Of a stretch of DNA of 64,000 bases, positions 49,163-60,576 are shown one piece after another. The position numbers and the translations under genes are program-made. Each line of letters begins with the position of its first letter. The stretch's first letter is position 1. The notes beneath the pieces are model-generated. The model searched no databases and was not told where the DNA came from. It saw nothing but the letters and a program-made list of their open reading frames with translations. Origin of the DNA: Antedon mediterranea (taxonomy: Eukaryota; Animalia; Echinodermata); NCBI RefSeq assembly GCF_964355755.1, contig NC_092675.1:1483812-1547811 (forward strand), read 5' to 3'.

Positions 49163-50629
49163 TTAAGTGTTAGGCACATTTAAATAGAAACATTCTGACA
49201 TTGTTATACTACACAAGAAAACGTTTATTATTACAATAAAATTAAAATACAATGTTGTAAAAAAAGCCTCTATAAAGAATACCAAAAATAACTCAATAAG
49301 TCTTTGTATCTAAATTTCATTTAGTCTAATAAGTTTTATAAGCCATTATGCTCTATGTATGACATTCGCTTTAGAAAAACCAACCTTGATAGTCTTTTTT
49401 GAAATATTATATTAATATAGTGCGTACTATTGCACGCCATGTGACCTACAATCATCCAATCAAATGACAGGAATTTATTTAGGTGTTATATAACAAACAT
49501 TATTCTACACTCTGAGTGGAATGTTATTATTACTACTATACAATTTTAGAATATCAATTTACAATATAACAAAATGGCATCCTATGAAATCGTTAATATT
49601 TAGTCACACTGTGCCTTGATTTAGAATTTTATAAAGATATAATAAATACATAATTGTTACTTTTAAATTCCAGACATTCACCATACTGTGATCAGTTGTG
49701 ATTTAGTCAAGAAAGTTTACTCCCAGATAGCAATTATAGATAGCTATATTTTTAGAAAACATATCAGCCTCTCACCCAATCGGTGCCAGTGGAATGGTTG
49801 TGTATATAATAAAGAACACCCATGTTGATTGTGATCAAGGGGCAATTTGGTGTCGCAATTGCTACAACTGATCATAATATTACACACGTCTGAAAAGGCT
49901 TTCAACTTGTTATTTCCTACAATGTGAACTTGTTATTAATATGGGTCACTGTATATACACAGTTTCAGGTTTACTGCATGCATACACTCATGATCAAGCA
50001 TTTTATGTTATCTCTCATAACTATTTTCATTTATAAAACTTCAATCAATATGTTATAGAGCAAAATGGAAAATTCCCATTAATACAGAATAATTTGCAAT
50101 AGCATATGCTGAATATTATATACAATAAATAATGTTTAAAAAAATGAATGCAAACATTAATACTGTACAACGTATACAAGTGTAATATTTAACTATAAGT
50201 ATAAACTGTGCTTTAGCTATAAATTATTGTACTTTCCATTATACAATCCATTCAATTAAAATGTGCCTTGTGCATTCATTTGCTTATAATGAAACTAAAT
50301 CAGTATACCTCTTACGTACACTAAATATAAAAAAGAAAGGAGAAAATACTAATACATATTTTATAGATAAATATAAAGCTCAATCTACTATGGAATATTA
50401 ATAATAATGAATAAAAATAACACTTTAATATTATAGCACAATACACAAATATAATAAACAGTGTATAAATTGAGGTATATTATTGTAGAAATGTGGTAAA
50501 TGCTAAAGTGCTTAAAAGTGAAGCAAAAACATGTTGCTATCAAAAAGATAAATAGTTGTATGACAAGAAACACGGCTAAAGAATAACCAACATATATATG
50601 TATTTACATTTTTATACACTTCTTTTTAT

Positions 50630-51466
50630 AGGTAAACAAGTAAGGAAACAAAGTTAAGTTAGGAAACAAAGTTAAGCAAGGAAACAAAGTTAAGTTATAA
50701 AAACAAAGTTAAGTTAGGAAACAAAGTTAAGCAAGGAAACAAAGTTAAGTTATAAAAACAAAGTTAAGTTAGGAAATGAAGTTAAGTTATTAAAAAAAAC
50801 TTAAGTTAAGCCTGGTTTCCATTAAAATCGCTACAGAGTTTCCATTAAAATCGCTACACGCGCAGATGTCGCCGACGCAATCGGGAAGGCTCCCCGATTC
50901 ATCGCAGTCAAATCGGCAAAGTTCAACCATGTTCAACTTTGCCGATTTTGTCGGCGATGAATCGTATACGCGTACCAAAGAATATTTAGCGCTCGCGTAC
51001 TAGATCCCCGATAAATTCTAGCGTTTCCATAGAATCACTACGCTCTGTCATGTAGCGATTTTATGGAAACCAGGCTTTAGGAAACAAAGTTAAGTTAGGA
51101 AACAAAGTTAAGTAAGGAAACAAAGTTAAGTTAGGAAACAAAGTTAAGCAAGGGAAAAAAGTTATGCAAGGAAACAAAGTTAAGTTAGGAAACAAAGTTA
51201 AGCAAGGGAACAAAGTTAAGTTAAGAAACAAAGTTAAGCAAGGGAACAAAGTTAAGTTAAGAAACAAAGTTAAGCAAGGAACAAAGTTATGCAAGGAAAC
51301 AAAGTTAAGCAAGGAACAAAGTTAAGTTAAGAAACAAAGTTAAGCAAGGGAACAAAGTTATGCAAGGAAACAAAGTTAAGTTAGGAAACAAAGTTAAGCA
51401 AGGGAACAAAGTTAAGCAAGGAAACAAAGTTAAGTTAAGAAACAAAGTTAAGCAAGGGAACAAAGT
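50630..51466. repeat. ~18-bp minisatellite GGAAACAAAGTTAAG(CAA/TTA), interrupted by a MITE
   Basis: Repeated units at 50630-50808 and 51077-51466. Confidence 0.9.
50809..51076. mobile_element. Non-autonomous PIF/Harbinger element, 268 bp
   Basis: TIR AGCCTGGTTTCCAT / ATGGAAACCAGGCT; TTA target-site duplication; CpG-rich interior. Confidence 0.88.
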
Positions 51467-52466
51467 ATAGAAATGCATTTAAAACTAAAAATAAAATAAA
51501 TATTAATGTTGGAAGAAATTGATATTGCACCTTAGCAATAAAAGATTCAAATGTACTAATTAAACTAATTAAAATTCATCACTTTTATTATTATTTAATT
51601 CAGGTTATCCTCAGTTTATTCGGGTAAACAAATTATCAATTCAAACATTTATATGATCGGCTTCAAAGATATCTTTTTAGTTGAATTTTTAAATCAATTA
51701 ATGTAGGTTTCTGCAATTTAATCTTTTACTCAAATGGACAACATTAAAGACTTTTTTGTCTATTACTAAAAATATATATTTTTTTTTATATTTTAATTGA
51801 TAAAAATGATTTTTTTTTTTCTTTACCCTGTATGTTGGGATGCAGTTGAATAGTAGGTATTATATTATAATACCTACTTTTTTGTTAAAGTTCCAAAAGT
51901 TTTGTTTTTTCTATTTCAATATATTTTTTTTATATAATTTCAAGGTGAATAGGAAAAACAACATTTCCTAATTATTGTTTATTTGCTTTGGTAAAATTAT
52001 TAGTGCACCACTTTAAACTGATTTATTAAATGTTTAGAAAAAGTAAATTATTCAATTCACCAACTAGTTTTGGGCCTCTTAAATCTTTATGTTGCCGTTT
52101 TCAATACAGTATAAAAATTTGAGGTTTGATTATATATTCATCAAATTTATTTATCATTATTTTATTAAAATTAAAGTTTAAATATTTGTTCAGATGGAAT
52201 ATAATATGCTTGGAAATGTTTATACTTTTAAAATTATTTTTATTTTTGTTCATATTTTCACAAATTTTCATAGTCGATGGCCCATTAGATTCGGGTTCCT
52301 GAATTTTAAACACTATGAAAATTAGAGAATTTATAAATGACCTATAAAAACTTATGAACAATGTAAATACTTGTTGAAATGGAATATATGTTTGGAAAGT
52401 TGCCTGCGGTACACAATCTTCAAATTGATTCAGAGGACACCCTAATTTTAAGGGGACACGCAAATC

Positions 52467-55400
52467 TTACGGATATCGCGATACCCCAGCATCACCAGAG
52501 GGGTCAGTGTCATCGTCGTAGGAACCGGTTCCACGTGCGCTCTTGGCTGGCTTTTCCTCAACTGCTGTCACATCATGGAACTCTTCTTTATTCTTTTCGG
52601 CTTTTGGTTTGGGATCTCGACCCTTTAATGTCCGTGCGATATACATCACGCCCAGAATATCGATCATAATAGCTGTTGTCAAAATAAAATAGCAATATCT
52701 TATATCATTTACACTATACTATATAAAATGTTTACACTTTTTCAAAATAAAAAAGATATTGCAAAACTTAATAAATTCTTTAAATAAAGATAACCTACTT
52801 TCTACTGTACTAATAATAATTGGTAACAAACATATAGTATTGTAGGTCTTATCTTTCAAGTTTTTAGTTTTATCATTAATCATCTATTTACAGAATGCAA
52901 GAATAAAATAATATAGATTTCAAGAATCCAAATGAAGTGATATACATATGGACTGAAGAATGTTTGTTAATTTTAAAAAGGTAGAAAATTAAATATTAAG
53001 AGTACTAAACAGAATACCAAATCAGTGTCAGAAATTAGCCCCAGATGCCCGATAGTTAGGGCAAGGTTGATTAGATATTGCATAATAGAATAGTAATAAT
53101 TTGCAGCTATATTTTAATTTATGAAAATATTGCCTGTAAAAGTACAGTACAATATTTACTAAATTTTTTATTATCAAGTTCAACTTTTAAATAGACAATA
53201 TATTTTACTTTTATTTTTCATTCCAATATGCTCAGTCTACACTATCAAACTTTATGTGACAAAAAATGTGATGGGCCCATATATAGACATGATGATGTCA
53301 TATCACTACCATATTTGGATATATCACTACTACTATATTTGGGCACATCACACTTTGTTTTTATCAAACTAGTTTGATAGTGTAGAGTTTAAGATATATG
53401 TACACATAAACAAATTGACATACCTATTATTTGAACAGAACAGCAAGAGTATTCCATTTTGTAGCAGGTCAGATTAAAATTGTAGGGAAACAAACCCATC
53501 ACCAATAAAATGTAGAAAGAAGCCATGCAATGAAATATGAAAGAGAGAAGAAAAAATAACATGCATTATGAAAATGATGAAAGTTAAATGCAGTGGCTAC
53601 TATGCACCATTATAAACAGATTGATTAATGAACATTTGTCAGATATTTTAAAGATTAAAGCTCTGTCTAAACTATCAAACTTTATGTGACAAAAAAGTGT
53701 GATGTGCCCATATATGGACATGATGATGTCACATATCACTACCATATTTAAGCATATCATTACCATATTTGTGCACATCACACTTTTTTTTTCAAACTAG
53801 TTTGATAGTACAGACAGAGCTGTTGGTATTTTGTATCACAATACCAACCATGCAGTGTTTTTATAGCCAATGCATAAATTAAATGTAAAAAAACATTTTT
53901 TCACTCAAGAAAAAATCTATAAGAAAATCATTTTCTTGTGTAGTAATCAGTAAAAAAGTTGCTTAAGGAGATTGCTATTAAATTAGAAAGTATTACTGTC
54001 AGTCACGATTTATAAAATAATTTAAGCACAAGCAAGATGATCAAAATTCAATCTGTTTTTTAACTTTTATAATAAAAAATAATCAAACTATTTTCAAGTA
54101 TTATTTTTTTTTTTTAATGCTTGTTTCTGTTGCTACAGGAAATGGTTTAAAAATAACCAGGAGTAGTTTAGTTGAAAACATTATGTGAAACAAAACTAAA
54201 CTAATTAACATTCTGTACAGCAAGTACAGTACTGATAGATCAAGCTTTTTAACATGGAATTACAATTTTTATTTAAATAAAAATAAATAATATTTCATTA
54301 TTAATACATTTTAATTACTGTATATTGCAGTCAATAATTTCTTTTAATTACAAATGCATACCGTAGGCATATACTGTATATAATTAATAATAATTAATTA
54401 TTATAATAGTATTTTTTTCTATCACTAAAAAATATAAAAACATGATCATGTAAAAGATTTTTGTTTTTAAATAAGTACTATAAAAATGAATAAAAATATA
54501 AAAAAGTGGCATTTATTAAAACTGCATTATTAGATAATGATTGTTGTACATCAAATAGTGAAACTAGTTGAATAACAATAGGATATTGATTACCATTGTT
54601 GAAAATTGTAAGCAGATGGTTTGTTATTTAAACTTTGATATAACTGCATCGAATAAGCAAATTAGAACATACAGGATTTGTATACAGATTTCTAGTATTT
54701 AGATTCACAAGATTTACTGTGTTTAAGAGAGAGCTTTTTATTTCATTCAAATATATATAGACTAACTCACTCTTTGTGAATAAAAATGCTACCTTAGCAG
54801 CCATCCAATAAAATACTATTTGAATGACTGACTACCTACAGTATAGGGTGCATACTGTACACTACCTCAGCCCATCATAATGGGACCAGGTCAGGCATGG
54901 TTATTTTAGGAAGCATACTGTATTTAAAATGTACTGAATGTGATAGGCTTGTATGTTAAACTATCTCAGTCCCACAATAAAGCCTCCACACCCCTTCCCA
55001 CCGGCCAACAGATCAGGCTTAGGATATTCTATGAGCCTAGGCATTTTTTACTTAATTGGCACTCGCTCATAACTAAACAATAATCCTTGGTTTAAATTAG
55101 CATATATGATAATACAGAATCTTCTTTGTTAATTTTAATTAATAAATTTCGTATAAATTAGTCGGACAATATGAAATATTTTGTAAACAAATTGTAACAT
55201 AGAAATATCAATTACTAAAAAACTATTAAATAAAAAAACTTTATATTGAAGTAAGAAAGTGCAGATTAAGAAAAGAGAAAAAAATTAATTTAAAAATGTC
55301 TAGATTTTTTGTGGAAGAAATATTAGGAAAAATGCAGGTCAAATGTTTTCAAGTGATTGGTATTCCTCTCGTTGTGATTCTATTTCCTTCACTGTGCTTT

Positions 55401-57405
55401 CGTACAGTGTGTGAACGCTGTACAAGATTCCCAGGGATAAAACTAAAGATCCTTTTGAAGCAAAACAAAGCAAAATAATATATCAAATTAGGTTTGCTAT
55501 AGGGAGGAAGTTTTTCAAAAAATTCGTAAAACTTAAAGAAAAAAATAAAATGTAAAAAATTATTGTTTTAATTGTAGATTGCATTTATTTTATTGTATTA
55601 CTTACAGTCAGAAGTTTACTTGTTTTTACAATCAATTATGACACAAAAATAATATATTTTTTTACAAAACATCAAATTACAAAATGTGTACAGTAATTAA
55701 AAGACATAGTAAAAAAATTAATTTCAATAATATAATTATATTTAAAAGAGATATTATCTAAAAACTGATTTGATACAGAAATGCCATGTCTAATACTGTT
55801 GAATGCATTATTATTATTATTACTAAATTTCCATTTCATTTTTTAATAATTGTATCTAAGGAATTCATCTTTACAAATTAAAATCAAAATCTTACCACAA
55901 ATGTAATTAGTTCCAGGATGTATCCATATAACAATAGAGAGAACAATGTACAGGCCGCCACGCTTCCAATTATCAAACCATCGCAAACAAGCCCAGAACT
56001 TTCCACAACAATTGTTTATGCTAGAAAACAAATTTGAAAACATTTATCATTTTATCTTAAAGAGGGAATCCCAGATTAATTTTTTTATTTATTTCAACAA
56101 TATTTTATGAGGGTGGTCCATTAGGGACAAGATAAGTAAAACCACTGCTTTCCACTGGGCCTTGAATCATAACAAGATAAAAGCACACAGTATTTGGCGT
56201 AAAATTGATAGTGCAAAGTTGTTTTGCATTTCCTTTCATGTATTATACATATGTATTGTTGGGACCCTCATGAGACAAACATTTGCTTCTTCTAGTGAGG
56301 GCCCTAGCTATCATTGTTATAACTGAAAAAATGTGTATGAATAAATGAATAACAAATTATTGAGATCATCTCAGATATATCTGCTTGATAGATTGATATA
56401 AATTACAACCATAACAATTTTTATTCCGATAAAAGGCAATATTGTGGCTGCCATGGGTTCATAGAGGACCTTATCCAAATTTCCTCAATTGAGGATTGTG
56501 CAGTTAAATGAAAAAAACAAAGACATTTTCCATAAATCTCAAATATTTACAGATAGGCTGTTTTCTGGATCTTCCCAAGCAATTCGATTAAAGTCTTTAT
56601 AACCTTTGACCTTCAAAAAACTTACTTGCAACATTTATCTAAACATGACCCAATGAGAAAGGCTCCTTCTAATAGAGTTAAAACAACAGCTACAAATCTG
56701 TGTAAATGAGAACAGAAGTTGCAATAAACACAAATGAATTGTATCATTAACATCAATTTCAATAATTTCAAATGCGTTTAAAAGAATCAGATGTTTTCCA
56801 AGAAAAAAAATAAACAAATTAAGCAACTGTAGGATTCATTCAAGTTAGAAATATTAAATAAAGTGTTCTTTAATATTTAATAATACCAGTATGATTAGAG
56901 GCCTAACAGTAATATATAAATAATAATTTACAAGCGATAGGTAGTGAGTGTATTTTATAAAATATAGGCTAATTATTATTAATATTAACCTAAAAAAAAC
57001 AAAAAAATTATACTTCACTTACACCAAATATGCTCCTACCCATGGTTTCACACTTGTACAAAGATCAATACCAATAGCCCATGTCACTAAAATAAAATGG
57101 TTTAAATATATATAAATAGTCTATAAATATAGGCTAGGCCTACTGACAGAGATGAACACCAATGTTGCTTGCTAAGGCACCGCTAAAAGTGGATCTATAA
57201 TGCCTGGCAAGACTGACGCTGACTAGCCTAGCTTACCTGCCTGCCTGGTGGGCGTGTATCACAATGTAAATAATGGGTTTAATCATTGTTTATGTTTGTT
57301 TTTTATCATTGTTATCTTACCTACTGCAGTCAATATTCCCCATGCACGTATGATTAAAGTGTAATGCTCCCAAATCCAAATGCAAAAAGCATTATTACAA
57401 GCCAT
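52467..57405 (-). CDS. TMEM72: TMEM72-like multi-pass membrane protein (TMEM72/Flower-related), 183 aa
   Basis: Exons 57405-57321, 57086-57023, 56697-56626, 56020-55896 and 52672-52467 (552 nt, frame-consistent). MACNNAFCIWIWEHYTLIIRAWGILTAVVTWAIGID...GAYLVFVAVVLTLLEGAFLI...WFDNWKRGGLYIVLSIVIWIHP...AIMIDILGVMYI parallels the TMEM72 motif order as recalled (GI.TA.V..G.E; YL.F....EGA; AY..LS...HP). Confidence 0.72.
53229..53387. mobile_element. MITE family A
   Basis: GTCTACACTATCAAACT...AGTTTGATAGTGTAGAG. Confidence 0.8.
53659..53821. mobile_element. MITE family A
   Basis: AGCTCTGTCTAAACTATCAAAC...TTTGATAGTACAGACAGAGCT. Confidence 0.8.
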
Positions 57406-57573
57406 GTTTCCGGCGTTATCTAGGCCTCTGGTAGCTTATCTCATGAAATATTTTACCCCGCCTCGATTGCGCCATCTAGCTTCTCGCTCGACTCTCTCCA
57501 GTCGCCGTGTGTACGTATCCGTATTTTAACGGAATTGGCTATTTACACGATAATAATATACTGTACACTGAAT

Positions 57574-59716
57574 GGGATCCAGTCAAGTCGCCCCATCGCA
57601 AAGTCGCCCCATACAAAGTCGCCCAATACAAAGTCGCCCCATCGCAAAGTCGCCCCAAAACAAAGTTGCCCCGGCACAGTCGCCCCATTACAAAGTCGCC
57701 CCATCGCAAAGTCGCCCCAACGCAAAGTCGCCCCATCGCAAAGTCGCCCCAACGCAAAGTCGCCCCATCGCAAAGTCGCCCACGGTTTTATTTCGGAAGT
57801 GCCGCCGCTAGTAGTACGCTGTTTTAATCATATAGCGGTTGCGTTTGATATCGATTGCGTTGTTACTTTGGTCGCGCTAAATGTCGTATACATTATAATG
57901 TTTATCCTATTATATACATAATTTGTGTTTTAATTTTTATTTTAAAGGTTATAATGGAGTGATGTGCTTTTTAAAAATCATTAAAAAATAGTCCCTTGTT
58001 TGAAAGTTCTAAAAAGATTTCGAAAAGATTATCCCTGATTTATAGTTTCGAAAATGTTAATTTAATATGATTTTAAAATTAGTTACCAGAGCCACAATTA
58101 CGAATCTTTCTTCAACCTACGTGGATACCAGCTCATTTTTTTAGGATAATATAATAAGTGTATAAATAGTAGGCCTTCGTATATTTACAGTAGTTAAAAC
58201 AATAACAGCGTTGTAAGACAATATGTTATATAGGCTACTTATTGATCATTTTGCATTTATTGACAAGTGTCTATAGTTATTTAATTTTAATTATGACTTT
58301 TCAAAATGAAGAAATAAAAAAAGGGGATTTCTTCGCCGATATGATCGTTTTGCACATGCAGGTATTTTAGTAAAATTAAAACGCTACATTTTGACCATGG
58401 AAAAACCATCGTACAGATGATTATCGTGTGCATGTTTTTTAAAAAGGGGAATCCCCGACGGGCAGCAGAATTAAAGACGTAGCAGCTGTGAGAAGGAAAC
58501 AGATACCAGAAGGAGCAGCTCCGATTGGTTTCAGAGAATGTTTCAGATTGCAAGTCGCTTTTTATTCAACAGCAGAAAGATCATTTTACTGAAGAAATTC
58601 TTTTCAACCCTTTTGGTTATAGAACATTCTAATTATCATGCCTAATAAATATCCTCATATCGGGTGTTTATTTAATTTTAATAAACAAGACAGTGAAGAG
58701 GCACGGAATAATACGTACACGGACGTACGACGAATACACACATGCACGTCATCATTTACGACATAATATAGTGGCGATATGATGCAATTTTATAATGGAT
58801 ATAATGATGGGATTGCATTTCCAGGCTTATAATCAATGTTCATTGTAATACTATGTATATAATAGTAAACTGAATGTTTATAAACAAATTGTTTTACCTA
58901 ATTTGTTGCATATAAAAAATAAAAGACACAGACGTAGCCTACGTTCCCTATAAAATATTTCACATTTGAATTTATGTACTGTTAAATGACATTATGCTGA
59001 ATAATAGGCTTACTATAATCTTAAACTATGTTTACAAATTGTCATTTTTAAGGCACACATCTTTCTCTCATCATAGACCTCAGTGTAAAATAAAAACAAA
59101 AATCAATTATTAATATAGGCCTAATAATAATAAATATTCATCGACCAAAGTAAAAATAATCTAGATCGTATAACATCATTTTATCGCGACCAAAATTAAA
59201 CGCCACCGATTTCGAACGCGACTGATATCATCGTAAAACTCCGACGGGGTTTCCCCATCTTCAGATGGTGCGTTGTAGTGTGACAACGGCGGAGTAATTA
59301 CGGGGGTTTCCCTCTGGTGAGAGCTAGCACGTTAGTGCGACCGCGGAGTGATTAGTTGGGGGCTTCCTCTCTGATGATTGGGGAGCGTGCCGATCGTGTG
59401 ACCTGAGACTACATGGAGGGGCTTCCCCTTTTATGCCTACACGTTCCGTGTTATTTTGTGTATCATTGCGACATTTTACGCACTTTTAAACTATTTTTTA
59501 ACGTTTTGGGGCGACTTTGCGATGGGGCGACTTTGTGTTGGGGCGACTTTGCGATGGGGCGACTTTGCGTTGGGGCGACTTTGCGATGGGGCGACTTTGA
59601 AATGGGGCGACTGTGTCAGGGCGACTTTGTTTTGGGGCGACTTTGCGATGGGGCGACTGTGTATGGGGCGACTTTGTATGGGGCGACTTTGCAATGGGGC
59701 GACTTGACTAGCATCC
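57574..59716. mobile_element. Non-autonomous Foldback/Mutator-like DNA transposon with modular TIRs, ~2.14 kb
   Basis: ~205-bp TIRs (57574-57783 and 59505-59716) built from about 11 AAAGTCGCCCC-type units in mirrored order. Direct repeat CACTGAAT flanks both ends (57566-57573 and 59717-59724). No transposase ORF was recognised. Confidence 0.88.
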
Positions 59717-59879
59717 CACTGAATATATGCGAGTTGACAAAATTGCGATCTCAGACGATTTTATTTGTCCAACCATTAAGCTATACAATTAAAATGTAGC
59801 TCCATGGTCTAACTACATTTATATTATTGAATTTCATAAAAGATACATTATAAAAAATAATTAAAAAGTGCAGAAAAAA

Positions 59880-60166
59880 AACCATAAAAACAGCTCACCT
59901 ACAAAGCCATCCATAAACAATCATCGCAATATATTTCATCACTCATTTTCTTCCAGACAACTTGCAGAAATCTTCGTCATTCATCCATATCTTCGCCTCG
60001 ACTATTCCCACCAAGAATATGCAGACATACTTTTGCTGACCGGTCATTCACTTTCACAGCTTATCCTTATGGATTAAATACTCTTCCACAATCAATCAAG
60101 AATGCCAATTCTTATTGACATCTTCAAACAATTGCTGAAAACCCATCTCTTTCGCATAGCATATGA
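59880..60166 (+). mobile_element. Decayed LINE (L2/CR1 clade) ORF2 C-terminal remnant
   Basis: The frameshifted translation LRHSS...PPRICRHTFADRSFTFTA...NTLPQSIKNANS/IFKQLLKTHLFRIAY fits the L2 ORF2 terminal pattern (LRS...GDRAFS...WN.LP..I...FK..LKTHLF). Confidence 0.7.
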
Positions 60167-60576
60167 AATGACGTTATTTCCACCTTGTTTCAAGCCTTGT
60201 GGTCGTAGAAGGAAATTATTATATCCCCTAGAGAGGGTGGGGGGAGCATTTGTCCTTCAATATACTGTGTTTTTTTCCTGCATAGGTATTGACCATTTAA
60301 TAGTGTAACACATGTAGACTTATGGGTTATACCATGGTCATAGTGATCTATACATTTAAAGTTATTATGATTACGTTTTATACATTTTCAATGTAAAAAA
60401 CTGTCAAAATACTGATTAGGGAGATCAGTTAAGAGAGTCAATTAGTAGATTGGTACTGGAATAATATGATTTATTGAGTTACTGACAAAAATGGCTCAAT
60501 AATTTATTCATTAACTTTGACACGTACAATAAAAAATACAAAAAGTTAATTTATATAAGTGAAATTTATTCTGTTT

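Noticed and set aside
51061-51312. Repetitive ORF (LTLFP repeats), and 62772-63020 (LKCVELNLV repeats)
   Set aside because: Both are translations of 18-bp and 33-bp minisatellites.
57574-57783. Repeat-spacer array (AAAGTCGCCCC plus short linkers) and the overlapping ORFs at 57507-57921 and 59413-59799
   Set aside because: Linkers are only 5-7 nt and are mirrored at the other end, so these are transposon TIRs. The ORFs are stop-free by-products of the 17-bp periodicity.
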